DNA of 43,602 nt. Source: Schmidtea nova (taxonomy: Eukaryota). The notes beneath the pieces were generated by a model. That model had not been told where the DNA came from, ran no database searches, and saw only the letters and a list, made by a program, of their open reading frames with translations. The DNA is taken from assembly GCA_044892505.1 (NCBI GenBank), contig CM097882.1, positions 449,562,001 to 449,605,602 of the forward strand, in the 5' to 3' direction. The position numbers and the translations under genes were made by a program. Below are positions 21,906 to 34,700 of the stretch, piece by piece (within the stretch, counting starts at the first letter, position 1; each line of letters starts with the position of its first letter).

Positions 21906-23939
21906 ATTATAGAAAATGCTAGTCATCGTTATACGGTGTAAAACAGTGATTGTCAACCAAAAATAGGTTATGTTTTTATTTTGTGTTATTTGGTATGATT
22001 GTGTATTTTAAATCAACTTCTTGTGGTTGTAGGTGTTTTTCGGAGTCTTTTAAGGCTTCAAGTTGTAACTGAATATTTTTCAGTATTTTTCTTGAATCTT
22101 CATATTATATTCATTCAGGAATCTTCTGTAAACTTCTTATTTAGATTTAGATTTTATTTTTATTAAATTGTGAAACGGATGAGGAGCCCTAAGGGCTCCA
22201 CGGAGCACTGGTTGTGGAACTCTATATAACACCATTTCAAGAAATACATAGAAACACATGACTTATTTTGAGGAAAAAACAAAATGACTTATTTTGAAAA
22301 AAAAATAAAATCATTAAAAGTAGGAAGTTGCAATTATTTGCATAATAATAAATATTAAGAATATTAAGAAAAATATTAAGAAAATGTCTGCATTGCAAAG
22401 TTCCCTGCATTGAGACTGAAAGTTATAATGACAAGTGAATAAAAAAATCAAAAGTTTTATTTAAAATTTCCAATTTTTCCTTTGATTCCACATTTTCCAA
22501 TAATACAACTCTATTTTGACTCAATAAGTTTCTTCGTCAATTTCCTCTGCACACAATTAAATTTCTTCAATCTCTATAATTTTTTAATTTCTCTAATTTA
22601 AGATCTCCTCTAATTTTAATTTCTCTAATCTAAATTCTCCAATTCCAATTTCTCTAATTTTTAAGTTATAATTAATTTGCTGTGGTTTCTCCTTTTTATA
22701 ATTTGTCATTCTCTGGTATTTGAGATTACTTTTGTTTTCCCACTTCTTTGCCTCCAACATACTCTATACTTTCTTCATAGCTTTTCCTTTTGAATTTGTA
22801 CTTGTTAATTAGCAATGACCTTCTTTTACTTTATTGTTTGATTTCTTTAAATTTACTACTATATTCTAATTTTTTATTTTTGCCTTCGTTTTTTCTTCTC
22901 CGATTTCCAGATAATAATATCATTTCCTCAATCAATTTTCCCCATCATTTAATTTATTTATGATATTATTTAATTTTCTAATTTAGGTATCCTCAACAAA
23001 ATTAATTAAATATCTAATTAATTATGCAAGAGAAATTAACGATAATCCCCTAAAGGAAATTAAATTTCTGATTATAACTAGCACAGTGAGGGTATACCAA
23101 TTTAAGGCTCAATAAGATAATTAGAATATCTTTCACCATTCTGAATCAATAATTGCAGTTCTTGGGAACCACTGTGGGCAGTCAATAAAATTCAATTGGA
23201 GTTGCAAAATATAAGAGTTCGAGAAATACAGACAGAATCCAAAGTCAGAGAGAGAATAAAGATTCGAAAAAGAAATGAAGTCAGAAAGTGTTTTCAAGTA
23301 ATAATTATAACGAGGAATTGTTCTTTTCTAAAGCATCATCGGGTAGTTCACCTTTGGTAAACTTATCTATCTTTATTAACTATCATTGACGATTGGTTGT
23401 AACTTGTGTTAAAAGACGAAACAAATATTGTTATTTGTTTGGTTATAGTTATTTGATCAAATAGACGTTCGGAGTCAGCCGATTGAATTTTACATGTGAC
23501 CCAACAAGTATATTAATTTAAATGTATTTCAAAAAAATTTATATTTTAGAATTTTTTGCTAAATTTTCAACTTTCTGGTAAGTTTCATTTAATTAGTTTA
23601 TTAAATTCTAATTTTTTTCTTTTCTTTTTGTATAGTTTCAAAGATTAAATTAAGATTTAAAACACAAAATTATTTTTATTTTTTTGATGTTTCTTTTAAT
23701 TTGTTCTAGTGTAATTTTTGTTTTATTGTATTATACTTGCATTTCTGTTAAATTTGTGATTTATTTTTTCTAGCAAACATTTATTTATTTTAGTTTTAAT
23801 TGGTGTGTCTTATTTTCAATTTCAAGTATAATTTTTGTGGTTTTTTCGACGGTTGTTAGTACGCTCTGTTAATACAAAACTTGTTAAATTTAAATTTGTG
23901 TCTGACACATGTCATTACGCACCACACATCATCTTTCAA

Positions 23940-24457
23940 AAATTTGTGAAGCATTTAGTTTATTGGTGGTCTGATTGGATGATTTCTGGAACAGGTAATT
24001 CAACAAAAGGTGTAAATTTGAAGAAGCCAGTCATTAATTTGGTGGCCCAGTGGGGAAAGGCCGCATGGGAGACAATTCCACCTGTAATGATCAAAAAGCC
24101 ATTTCAGAAGATGGCACTGAAGATGATTTAATTTTCAATACAGACAATGAACTTGATGATGATGAAAGACAATGTTCAGAAGACTTGGAAATCGATATTT
24201 ATGATGACATTTTATCAATGAACGGATGAAAATGTCTGTTTTTGTCAATAAACTATTTTGCTATGTTTTCCTGTCTGAAAAAAAAGATTTTACGATTGTA
24301 AATTGTTAAAGTTCTTAGTAAATTGCATAATTTAAAATAAATTATATATTACCCAAAATAAAAATTTTAATAAGTCGGCTTATACGCGGGTCATCTATTT
24401 TGAACATTTTTTTGAACAAAGTTTGGGGAGTCGGCTTATATGCGAGTATATATGGTA
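23940..24457 (+). mobile_element. pogo/Tigger-like transposon 3' remnant
   Basis: WSDWM..T..NLKKP..LVAQW..AWETI...IKK.F; repeated GTCGGCTTATAYGCG; end GAGTATATATGG followed by TA. Confidence 0.7.
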
Positions 24458-24989
24458 TGTCTTGCAAATACATTTTGTTAGTACTTCCGCTGTCAATGAC
24501 TAACCGAGTGATCTTCTCCTATGACTTTATAAAACTCGGCGGATTAGAACTTAGCATTACCATAAAGATAGTTCACCTTTGCAATATTTTAAGCTTCTAA
24601 CAAAAAACCAACGCCCAGATTGATAGGTGCAGGGTGTCACATTCTAATTTCTTAATAGGGTAAGTAAACTTACTTGATAATTGCGTTCTGAAATTCAAAT
24701 ATTTTATACCGATGTGGGCTATTGAAAATTTTATTTTATAAAAATAGTAGTTTAATAGGAAATTAAAGTATTATTTAAAGTTTTCTTCTGGTGTAGTAAA
24801 GTGATAAATTAATCTAAAGTTTGAAGTATTTAAAGTTTGAAGTATTAAGTGAAAAATTAAATATTAAATTTTTTTTATATCAGTCAACTAGGTCTGTATA
24901 ACTTTAATAGCCAAATAATTTTAAACTAATTTAAAGTAATTCTAGCTAAGAAATTAGTGAGGTAGAAGGTGGTTCGACAACATATTGAA

Positions 24990-25371
24990 GCTGAAAAAAA
25001 AGAGTCGTCACCCAATTTATTGAAAATAGCTCAGTTCGTCTTTTCGATTCTAGTTACGAATGCGAATGTTGAAAGTATTTGTAGTGTGATGAGCAATCTA
25101 TGGACTAACGAACGTAATAGGATGTCGTTGAATTTAGTAAAAAGCGAACTTTGTATCTTCTTTAATATTCCTTATACATGCCAAAACGTAAAATAAATAT
25201 TTTCTAAAAATAAGAAACTGCTAAAAGCTACTTCGCAGAATGAAAAATACAACAAATAATAAAAATATCTTATTTTTATTTTAAAATTTAGTTTTATTTT
25301 AAAATAACATAGTCTAAGGTTTATTTTAAAATTTTGTCCGGTATTCTTAAAGGTTTCACCTGGCAACCCTA
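24990..25371 (+). mobile_element. hAT (Blackjack-like) 3' remnant
   Basis: PNLLKIAQFVFSILVTNANVE...LWTNERNRMS; TIR-like TGGCAACCCTA at 25361-25371. Confidence 0.75.
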
Positions 25372-25771
25372 ATTCTGAGCCATCAACCAAGGGTCAGTAA
25401 TCGACTAACAACTTAACATTTGTTTGCCAGAATCAAAGATAGCAGCCGATCAAGTATAGCAATTGATCTGTTATACGATTTTCTTTTATTTCAACACCTT
25501 TTTTGATTCCTTGGCTGTTTTTAACGTCTATTTTCTGTTTCAACTATTTACAAAAATACACAAGGTTCATTTAGATTAAAATATTTACGCTTAAAAACTA
25601 TTTTACTATTTTAACAGATTCTTATAAATAATAGACGAAGTTTAATAACAACAATAATATTATACAAATTGAATATATTGGACAGTTTTAATATAGATTA
25701 AGTATATGGAATTTAGACAGATGTATAAAATGCATATTTATATCAAATGAAAAAAAATACATTACTGAAGA

Positions 25772-26821
25772 ATGTCAAAATTGTCCAATATTAGTCCAGA
25801 AAAGAAAAAGGAGCCGTTTGAATTGAGAATTGACGACGTTATAAGAAAGTTGGTTCATTTTAGCTCGGAAAACTCACCAAAATTATCTTACGAAGAATGT
25901 TTGGCTATATCGTTAGTAGCGCAATCTCTTTTTGCAAATGAAAATACAATGCTAGAACTGGTCGCACCAATATATGTTTGCGGCGATATTCACGGTCAAT
26001 TTAGGGACTTATTGAGATTATTTGACATGTGTGGATTTCCTCCAAATAAAAGATTTCTTTTCCTCGGAGATTATGTTGATAGGGGAAATTATGGTCTAGA
26101 GTGTATTTGTTTGTTATTCAGCTTGAAAATCCGATACCCAAAAGACATTTTTTTATTAAGGGGAAATCATGAATGCGAAAGTATAAACCGATTCTATGGT
26201 TTCCGCGACGAAATTAAGAGTAAATTCTGTTCCACGAAATTATGGAGAGCATTTCTAAAACCATTTGATTATTTACCGATCTGTGCAACGATAGATAACA
26301 GTATTTTTTGTTGTCACGGCGGTTTAAGTCCATTTATGCTGGATCCACAGATAACTTCTCTTAGAGATTTTGTGGATCATATTAAAAGACCGTGCAATGT
26401 TATTTTAGAAGGTTTAGTCTGTGATATACTTTGGTCTGACCCGACGGATCTCATTGATGGTGAGTTACCCCCTAATGGATGGGAGGAAAATGAAAGAGGC
26501 TGCTCTTGGACCTTTGGTTACGATATAATTGAAAAATTTTTAGATAAATTCGATTTGGATTTAATTGTGAGAGCACATCAAGTTGTACAAGATGGCTATG
26601 AGTTTTTTTGTAATAGAAAATTGTTAACAGTTTTTAGCGCTCCCAATTACTGTGGAAAGTTTGACAATGCAGGTGGTGTTTTTCAATTAGAAAAGAATTT
26701 CGATACACCCCATGGAACGCCTCCTATTATTGAAGGGAAATTTTTAATATTGCAACCCAATTATAATTTATCAGATCAGTTTCGCAATTTAAAAAAATGT
26801 AATGGGAAATTTATTAACTGA
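25772..26821 (+). CDS. Ser/Thr protein phosphatase, PP1 catalytic subunit-like, intronless, 349 aa
   Basis: GDIHG, GDYVDRG, RGNHE, HGG, LWSDP, RAHQVVQDGYEFF and SAPNYC are all intact. Confidence 0.95.
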   Translation: MSKLSNISPEKKKEPFELRIDDVIRKLVHFSSENSPKLSYEECLAISLVAQSLFANENTMLELVAPIYVCGDIHGQFRDLLRLFDMCGFPPNKRFLFLGDYVDRGNYGLECICLLFSLKIRYPKDIFLLRGNHECESINRFYGFRDEIKSKFCSTKLWRAFLKPFDYLPICATIDNSIFCCHGGLSPFMLDPQITSLRDFVDHIKRPCNVILEGLVCDILWSDPTDLIDGELPPNGWEENERGCSWTFGYDIIEKFLDKFDLDLIVRAHQVVQDGYEFFCNRKLLTVFSAPNYCGKFDNAGGVFQLEKNFDTPHGTPPIIEGKFLILQPNYNLSDQFRNLKKCNGKFIN

Positions 26822-26972
26822 AAAGTATTTTATTCAAATTTGATGTTTGCATTATTTCAGAGAAAATTTAACAACATTTTTCAACAAAATTCTAATATAT
26901 TTATCTGACTTATTTTATTATGCTTACTTTTTTAACATATCAATTTTACAAGAATTATATAAAGCAGCTTAA

Positions 26973-27169
26973 CCCCTTTGTGCAGTAAACACGAGCCTGA
27001 TTTGTAAACTTAACTTTGCTTTGTGAAACGATCACGAGTCTGGCTCGTATAATTTTTATTTTTTCACTATAATTTAATAAATAAAATTCTTTATTTTGCT
27101 GTTATGAAATTTCTTTTAAATAATCATTTCAGGCACATAATTAATTAAAATAAGTAAAACTACAAGGGG
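26973..27169. mobile_element. piggyBac-type MITE (~197 bp)
   Basis: TTAA|CCCCTTTG ... CAAGGGG|TTAA; TTAA at 26969-26972 and 27170-27173. Confidence 0.75.
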
Positions 27170-28689
27170 TTAAAGTCAATGAAAATTATATTCGTATAAA
27201 CTTAGTATTTTCGAAGCCTTTTTCACTGAAAAATGCACATTTTAAGAATATATGATTAATAGTATTATTTGCTTTTCTAAAATGAAGAAAATTTTCAATG
27301 ATATTAAATTTGTAAAAGTGAATTGTCGCTAGTTGCAAAATAATAAATAGCGCCGTGTTTTTCCATTATTTAGTGACCGTTGTCGTGGAATTACTCTTGA
27401 TATAGCTTTAATTAAACAGCTATTTGATTAAGTTTACTTTTCTTTAAAATAAATAATAGATTATTTAGCAAAATTTGATCCTTTTAATAATTCTTAATTC
27501 ATATGTCCTTCCAAATAGCAAATTGTGCTGAAAGTACCATTTTAGTTAATCGTAATTAGCAATTTTCATTGAGTTGTCCACTACCTTTATACACAGTTGC
27601 AACATCCCTGCTCTTCAGCAAGCCATATCAAGAATATTTCCAAATTCTCAATAATCAAGTCTAAATATCATTAATTTTTCTATCTAGTCGCAGCCTGACA
27701 GTGATTTTGTTTTCTGAAAGAAATGATTAATGTCGTCTGCAAAATTATAACAATTAACTTTGTTGGCCAAAAACTGAGATTTGTAATAATGAAGCGGTAA
27801 CACAGCACTTAGAGAGCGCGCAAGTAGTAAATATAAAATCCTATGAGCTAAAACACCGAGTAAAACATAGTAATCACAAAACACAGAAATAATTAAATAA
27901 AACACGTTTAAGAATCAAAACGAACAAAAGCGTATCAAGAATACGTGTTAAAAACACAATAAAAACAGCAATTAGAAAATAAAATAACGAATTAGAAAAA
28001 ATTAACTTATTTTTAGAAGGAAAATTTCCATTTTTATCTTAAAAACTCATAAAATATGAACAAAAATTGCTTTAAATAAAAAATTTAGTAAATTAAACTA
28101 AATTAGAAAAAACTTCGATCTAAAAGTAAAATTTTAGATTAAAAATAAATTATTTAAAGTTTTATTAAAATTTTATATAAAAATGATAGTTTAATTTATC
28201 CTACAATTATTAAATTTAATTTTGGAAGAATTGAAAGTTCCTTCTAGAACAATTTGTTTTAATGCATCAATTAAAACAAAACCCAAAATCTCCTATATAT
28301 ACCGCCATCCGAAATCTAGAATTCAGAATTTGCTAGAAAATTTGCTTGAGAATTTTCGTACAACCAACTGGCAAAATTCCAATTTTAACGGAACTCTGCC
28401 AAAACATTTGTCAAATTAAAGTTGAGAGAATAAACCTTGCACAACATTTTGGAACGCCGAAAATCGACGGACGAATTTAACGCTAATAAAGAAAGTTAGC
28501 CCGATCAGGAAATTCGAAACAAATTCGTGCGATCGATACCGATTAGATTGCGCAATCGACAGAGTGTCCCCGCAAGTGTAAGGATTTTCGATTTTGCACA
28601 CATGAGTTGATGGGTCATGTCCCTGATAGCTCGTGCGGGTATGTTTGTTTATTTTATATTTTTTGTTAGTTATTGTTATGTCTACATAT

Positions 28690-28817
28690 NNNNNNNNNNN
28701 NNNNNNNNNNNNNNNNNNNNNNNNNNNNNNNNNNNNNNNNNNNNNNNNNNNNNNNNNNNNNNNNNNNNNNNNNNNNNNNNNNNNNNNNNNNNNNNNNNNN
28801 NNNNNNNNNNNNNNNNN
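28690..28817. other. Assembly gap
   Basis: N run. Confidence 1.
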
Positions 28818-29539
28818 ACCACTTCCATACTATCTGAAGTCAGTCCGGCCCATGAGCTGTGCTGGCGGAAGTAGCCTACGTAGATCGCTGTTCGATTGAG
28901 GTCCATCAACTAGCCAGCCCATATTTCTATTTAAAGTTAGGCCCACACATCTATGATCACTTCATCCCATACGTTGATTTTGGGTAATAGTGACATGGTC
29001 AAGGGCAAGGACTTTTCGAAGTAAATCCACGTCTAGAATCCTATTACATTTTTATTGAAATGCGATACGGTATTCAAAGACGCAATTGAATATTTTATTA
29101 TAGTATAATATTTATATTTATTTATATCAATCTACATAACTCTCACAACTACACAAAAGCTTTCAAAATTATAAATCCAACTCGTAAATCGTCATCGCTC
29201 ACATGAACATCTTCTTCACCTCATCACGAAAGAAATCGCGAAGTTATCTAAAAAATCTACTTTATAAAAAGCTTCCAACTAGCAACTCAGAGTGTAATAG
29301 AAATTCTCAGATTGTATCAGAATATAAAAATTATAGCTGAAATTATTCAGTTTAATTTCACCTTAATTGAAGAATTATTCCCAAAAAATCTTTTAATTTT
29401 GATCTATAATTTTGAGTATGCGAAATTTCCAAATGAATTACCTCGAAAATCTTATTTATATCTTATTTGAAAAATTCGCGTTATGATTCAAAACTTCCTT
29501 TTTATAAATGTATAATTCTATTACAAATAAAAAATAATA

Positions 29540-30266
29540 TGTAGTGCCTCGGATTTAATTATGACATTAATTTAATAATTAAATTATTAATTTAGTATGA
29601 TATTAAATAAACATTTTTTCCTTTTTGTTTTAAATAATAAATAAACCTTCCTTTTTTACTTTTTCAAAAAATCCAACATGGTCCAAGAAGAACTCATTAT
29701 TTTCAATTCAAAATCAAAAAAGAAGTCAAATGAAATATTTTCAAATCCAAACGTTGTGACGAATCCGAGATCTGTGGAAATACCGAGTGAAAAGAAGCTA
29801 TCTGAATCGAATATTTATAAACTATCGGATTGTGTCAGTAACAATCATCAGTCATTGAATACGGGAATTCTTTCATCTTCATCTTAGTTATGTACTCCGA
29901 TTGGAATGGCAAATTCTCATTTACTCCTACAATTTCAAAACGATCCCCAATATTTCTCGTTCTTAAATACTCCTAATGAGTCTTCGATTTTCAGTAGCTG
30001 CAATATGAGTCAGGTTAATTAATTTTCTGATGTCGGTCTAATGGATGATAAACAGAATCCGCAATCGTTTATACAGAGTGAAACCAATAAAGAACTCAAC
30101 CAAAAAACCATCGAATCCCAAACACAATATGTGTAATGCACAAACAATACTGAATCCCAGCACAATTAATCAAAACCAACGGGCTAGGCTGTCAAAGGTG
30201 TCATTAATGTAAATGTTGAATATGTTATTTTTATCAGGCTTATATTAAATTGATTGTTTTTCTATA
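29540..30266 (+). repeat. 5' LTR (~727 bp)
   Basis: TGTAGTG...CTATA (CTACA in the sister copy), followed by PBS TGGTGTCAGA at 30269 (tRNA-Leu type). Confidence 0.8.
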
Positions 30267-33200
30267 ATTGGTGTCAGAGACGACAAAAGTATTTTTTTGA
30301 TTTCTTCTAGAAAGCTGTTTCATTATTTCTATTATATAATTGTCCTTAAGACTTTTATAAATTATTTAATATTTATTACATTGTTATCTTTTGATTGTTA
30401 TTTTGATGTCATATTAATGTCATATCCCCCAATAACCAAAAAATGTCTCCTTTAAATGCAACACAACGACCCACATAACAGTTCGCCACAACAACATTTT
30501 ACACAAAATTCGCGTCATCTCTCATTTCATCAACGATCTATCAAAACACTTTTTAATAGACCATAAAGAATTTTTATCCCCTATAACGGAATTCCCATCG
30601 CGGATACTTTCACTATCCCAGCAAATTCCATAATTTCTCTGCATTCGAGCAAGAAGGGTGCCAGAACAAACATCGACCATAACTCCTCCAACCCTATAGG
30701 CGTAACTCAATTGATCTTTCTTGACTCGGACGGAACACCATCTTCTTGGTTCCGCATTTTCGAAGCACGCACAAGTGCTACTCCCAAATTAAGACAAGAG
30801 CTCCTGTTAGACTCAATACCTAATGAATTAATGTCTAAATTAGGCTCCCAAATATCTGACGCCTTAGACTCAGAAACACCATATGAGTCGATCAAAACTG
30901 TGATCCAAAAGAAATATTTACCCACCCACACTTCAGCAATAGCAAAACTATCGAAGCCAACGCCGTTCACCGAACAAGTCCCTTCAGCTTTTTTATCTCA
31001 ATTAGTTCGCGAGCTCAAGGCCGCCAATGCTGGTCTATCGAAGAACACTGATCTCTTATGCCACTTTTTTAATAGCATTTCCTCATCATGTCCAAACATC
31101 ACTTCTCGTCGTCGATTCAGATGATCCTTTTCACTTGGCTAAAGTTGCTGACAAACTGTTCACGAGAACACCTATCCAAAATGTACCCTCTTCAATCGCA
31201 TCCGCCTCAGATCCATCACTACAGGAACATATATCTTCTTTGACAAAAGCGGTTGATGCGATACATAATTCTTCTCAACTAAATTCATATTCCCAAAGAA
31301 GCGACAAATTGAAATCCTATCCTCCTCTGATTTGTTTTTTTCACAAGAAATTTTCATCTGCCGCTCGAACATGTCATATCGGATGTTCATGGCAAAATCC
31401 TCCTTCGACTCTGAGTGTTATCGCCATTTGTATCTACCACAACATCTTCGGTTTACACGCACAAAAATGTCTTTCTGGTTGCACTTTCGTAAGCCATTCA
31501 TCAAAAGAATCACACGACAAAAACTATTCCAATTCTCCCCAAAATAAATAGCTCCGCTGTCTGTCAACCCTGGATTTTGAGGCGGCGTCCTTGCGATCAA
31601 CAACATTTTCACCGTTGAAGCAACTTTTGATTCCAGCCCATCAATTCATATTCTCATTGATTCCGGCTCATCATTTTCAATACTTCCAACGACTTTCACA
31701 CCAGACTTCAAATCTCCGTTCACTGTCTTGGCTGCCAATAGCACACCAATTCAATATTTAGGAAAAAAAGAACTTTCATTCACAATACCAACATTAGACT
31801 CAACTTTCACTCACATTTTCGACATAGCAGACACGATCCATCCAATATTAGGCTCCGATTTTTTCTGCAAAGAATCCATTATGGTAGACTGCAAAAACCG
31901 TCGTCTGTTCACTATAAAACAAGACGACACATATACAGAGACAAATTCACCACTGCCAAACGTAGTAACAGTTTCAACTCAGACATCTTCAGTGCCGCAA
32001 CTCAACTCAATTCAACAGGATTTAACGACAACACTTGACCAGCACACGTTGGAAACTGATCATACAGTCAGTCCAGACTCAATGAACGACATGATCAAAT
32101 TAATTTCAATCAAATATCCAAACCTCATCACAAAATCCGCTACCATACCACCCACTACCCTATCAACTCACTATATTCACACATCACCATGCATACCACA
32201 ACGCAATCGAACCAGACATCTCTCTTCCACCAAACTCGACGCAGTCAAAGCTGAATTCGTTAGTCTAGAAAACGAAGGCATTATATGTCGTTCATCTTCA
32301 CCATTGGCTTCACCAATACACGTAGTTACAAGGAAAGACGGATCTTTCAAAAACTCAACCAAGTAACAGTCCACGACGCATACCAAATACCACTCATAAA
32401 AGACTTAATAAAACGTTTTCAACAATCTTTCGTGTTCTCAACTATAGACCTCTCGAAAGCGTATCACCAATTTCCCATTCATATTGACGACGTCCCCAAA
32501 ACCACGGTAACTACGCCATTTCGAAATTTTGAATACATGTTCAAGCCTTTCGGCCTCAGAAACGCAGCTCAGTAATTACAACGCTTCATAGACACAATGT
32601 TTCGAGACGTCCGTCACACATTCGCATATCTCGACGATATTATTATAGCGTCACCTAATCGAGACAGCCACACAGACGATTTGAACACGGTCCTCGACAT
32701 ATTGAACCGTCACAATTTACAGATCAACATAAATAAATGCCGTTTTTTTCAAGAGCGTGTCAGATTCCTCGGCCATATACCTTCATCCAAGGGTTGCGAA
32801 CCTTTCCCAGAAAGACTTCACGTAATCTGCAGTTTTCCATTGCCAAACACTGTGACACAACTACGAAGTTTCTTAGGCATCGTCAATTTCTGCCACAGAT
32901 TCATTAAAAACGCGTTTCACATCACAGCACCTCTTTCAGCACTGAACACAGAGAAAAAGAATTCCATTATCAATTGGTCGATACAACAAGTGAGTCATTC
33001 AACAAAGTCAAAGACAATATATCTAAAATTAACACTATTTACTACCCTCGTCACCACCTTCCATTCAGCCTCACAACAGACGCATTCAACATTGCTGCAG
33101 GCGCAGTCCTTCACCAAATTTAAGACAATTTGTCACTACCAATAGAAATTTTTTCAAGGAAATTTTCATCGGCAGAGTCAAAGTACAGCGCATTTGACAG

Positions 33201-34700
33201 AGAATAACTTGCAATTTTTCTATCTGTCAAATACTTTAGTCACATTTTAGAAGGAAGGCAATTCACGATCTTCACCGACCACAAACCTCTCATCCACTGC
33301 TACACCATAAAAGAACCATCGAACAGAGTACATCGTCAGATAACATATCTATCAACTTTTGACATAAAATTCGTTCACGTCTGCGGCAAGAACAACGTAG
33401 TCGCCGACTACCTTTCTAGAAATATTTCAGCATCTATTACATCTACTCCAGTCTTTAGTCAAGATACTCTATGTTCAAATCCACCAACCTCAGAAGATCT
33501 CGTTCGCTTCAAAGACTCGCTTGATATAATAGGCGGTATACATTACGATACAACACTCTCAGACCAATTCTACACTAATCGCTTAGAAACGAAGCATTCT
33601 TCGCGGTTCATAATATACACCCAGGAATTATGTCCACGTACCACCTTATACGACAGAAAGTCACCTGGTTCTCATTATTCAAAGACGTAAAACAGTGGGT
33701 GTCTGAATATACAGGCTTCCAACAGCCCAAAGTGAATAGATATATTAAACCACCAATCACCCCATTCCCGACGGAATCAAGATTCGACATACTCCACATA
33801 GACCTAGTAGGCAAACTCCCGGCAGATGACAGATTCTGTTACATACTGACAATGATTGATCAGAAAACACGCTGGTTCGAGGCAATTCCAATTTCTGACA
33901 TCACCGCAAAAACGGTTGCACACGCTTTAACATCCACCTGGTTTTCACGTTATGGAATCCCAACCGCTATATTCACAGACCAAGGGACATAATTTGAATC
34001 GGATCTTTCCGATCATCTTACAAACAGTCTCGGCATCAAATATTTACGCACAAGCTCCTATCACCCGCAAACAAATTGTCTTGTTGAACGCGCTCATCGG
34101 ACCTTGAAATCGTCCATCAGAATTCTCTCAACGTCAACCTCATGGGTCAAAACTTTACCATTTATTTTATTGGGATGGCAAAACACACCAAATCGCTCAA
34201 GTGGTGTGTCATCTTCACAACTTTTATTTGGATCCAACATCTTCATGCCTAACGAACTCATCGACCTCTATAATGATTCACCACTAGACGAAATCAACCT
34301 CACACTCAAACATTTTTTGAGTCTCGACACAAACCCGTCATTACCATACTCCACATCATACAAACCGTATATACTACAATCGCTTTCTTCTGCAACCCAC
34401 GCATGGATGAAAAAACTCGACTCATCAAACTTCAAACCTAGATACAAAGGTTCATTCCGTATCATCGAACTGTACAAAAACCCACCAAAACTTGAAATTG
34501 ACAACAACCACGGAATGGTCAACCTATCAAGATTAAAACCATCTTTTTGTACTCTCGAGCAAGATGAAGTGCCAAATAATCATATCACAAAAGAAGATGT
34601 CATTGACGAAGACATTCAAGAAGACACGAAACAACTGACGACCATTACAAACACGTCTAATATCCAAGGTCCTCAAGATAATCCTCCATTCCCTTCTAGA
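29540..34700 (+). mobile_element. Ty3/Gypsy element (CsRn1/Boudicca-like gag), pseudogenised, lacking its 3' LTR
   Basis: 5' LTR, PBS, gag with CX2HX9CX3C motifs, LIDSGS protease, YLDD, RNase H, and integrase HIDLVG/FTDQG. Confidence 0.92.

Noticed and set aside
22174-22225. Hammerhead ribozyme (GGATGAG plus GAGCCCT/AGGGCTC hairpin)
   Set aside because: The CUGANGA/GAAA core is not correctly arranged; it looks more like a hAT subterminal relic.
22480-23100. Gag-like relic on the - strand
   Set aside because: Too degraded, with no diagnostic motif.
28617-28909. ORFs spanning N runs (also 36021-36355)
   Set aside because: Gap artefacts.
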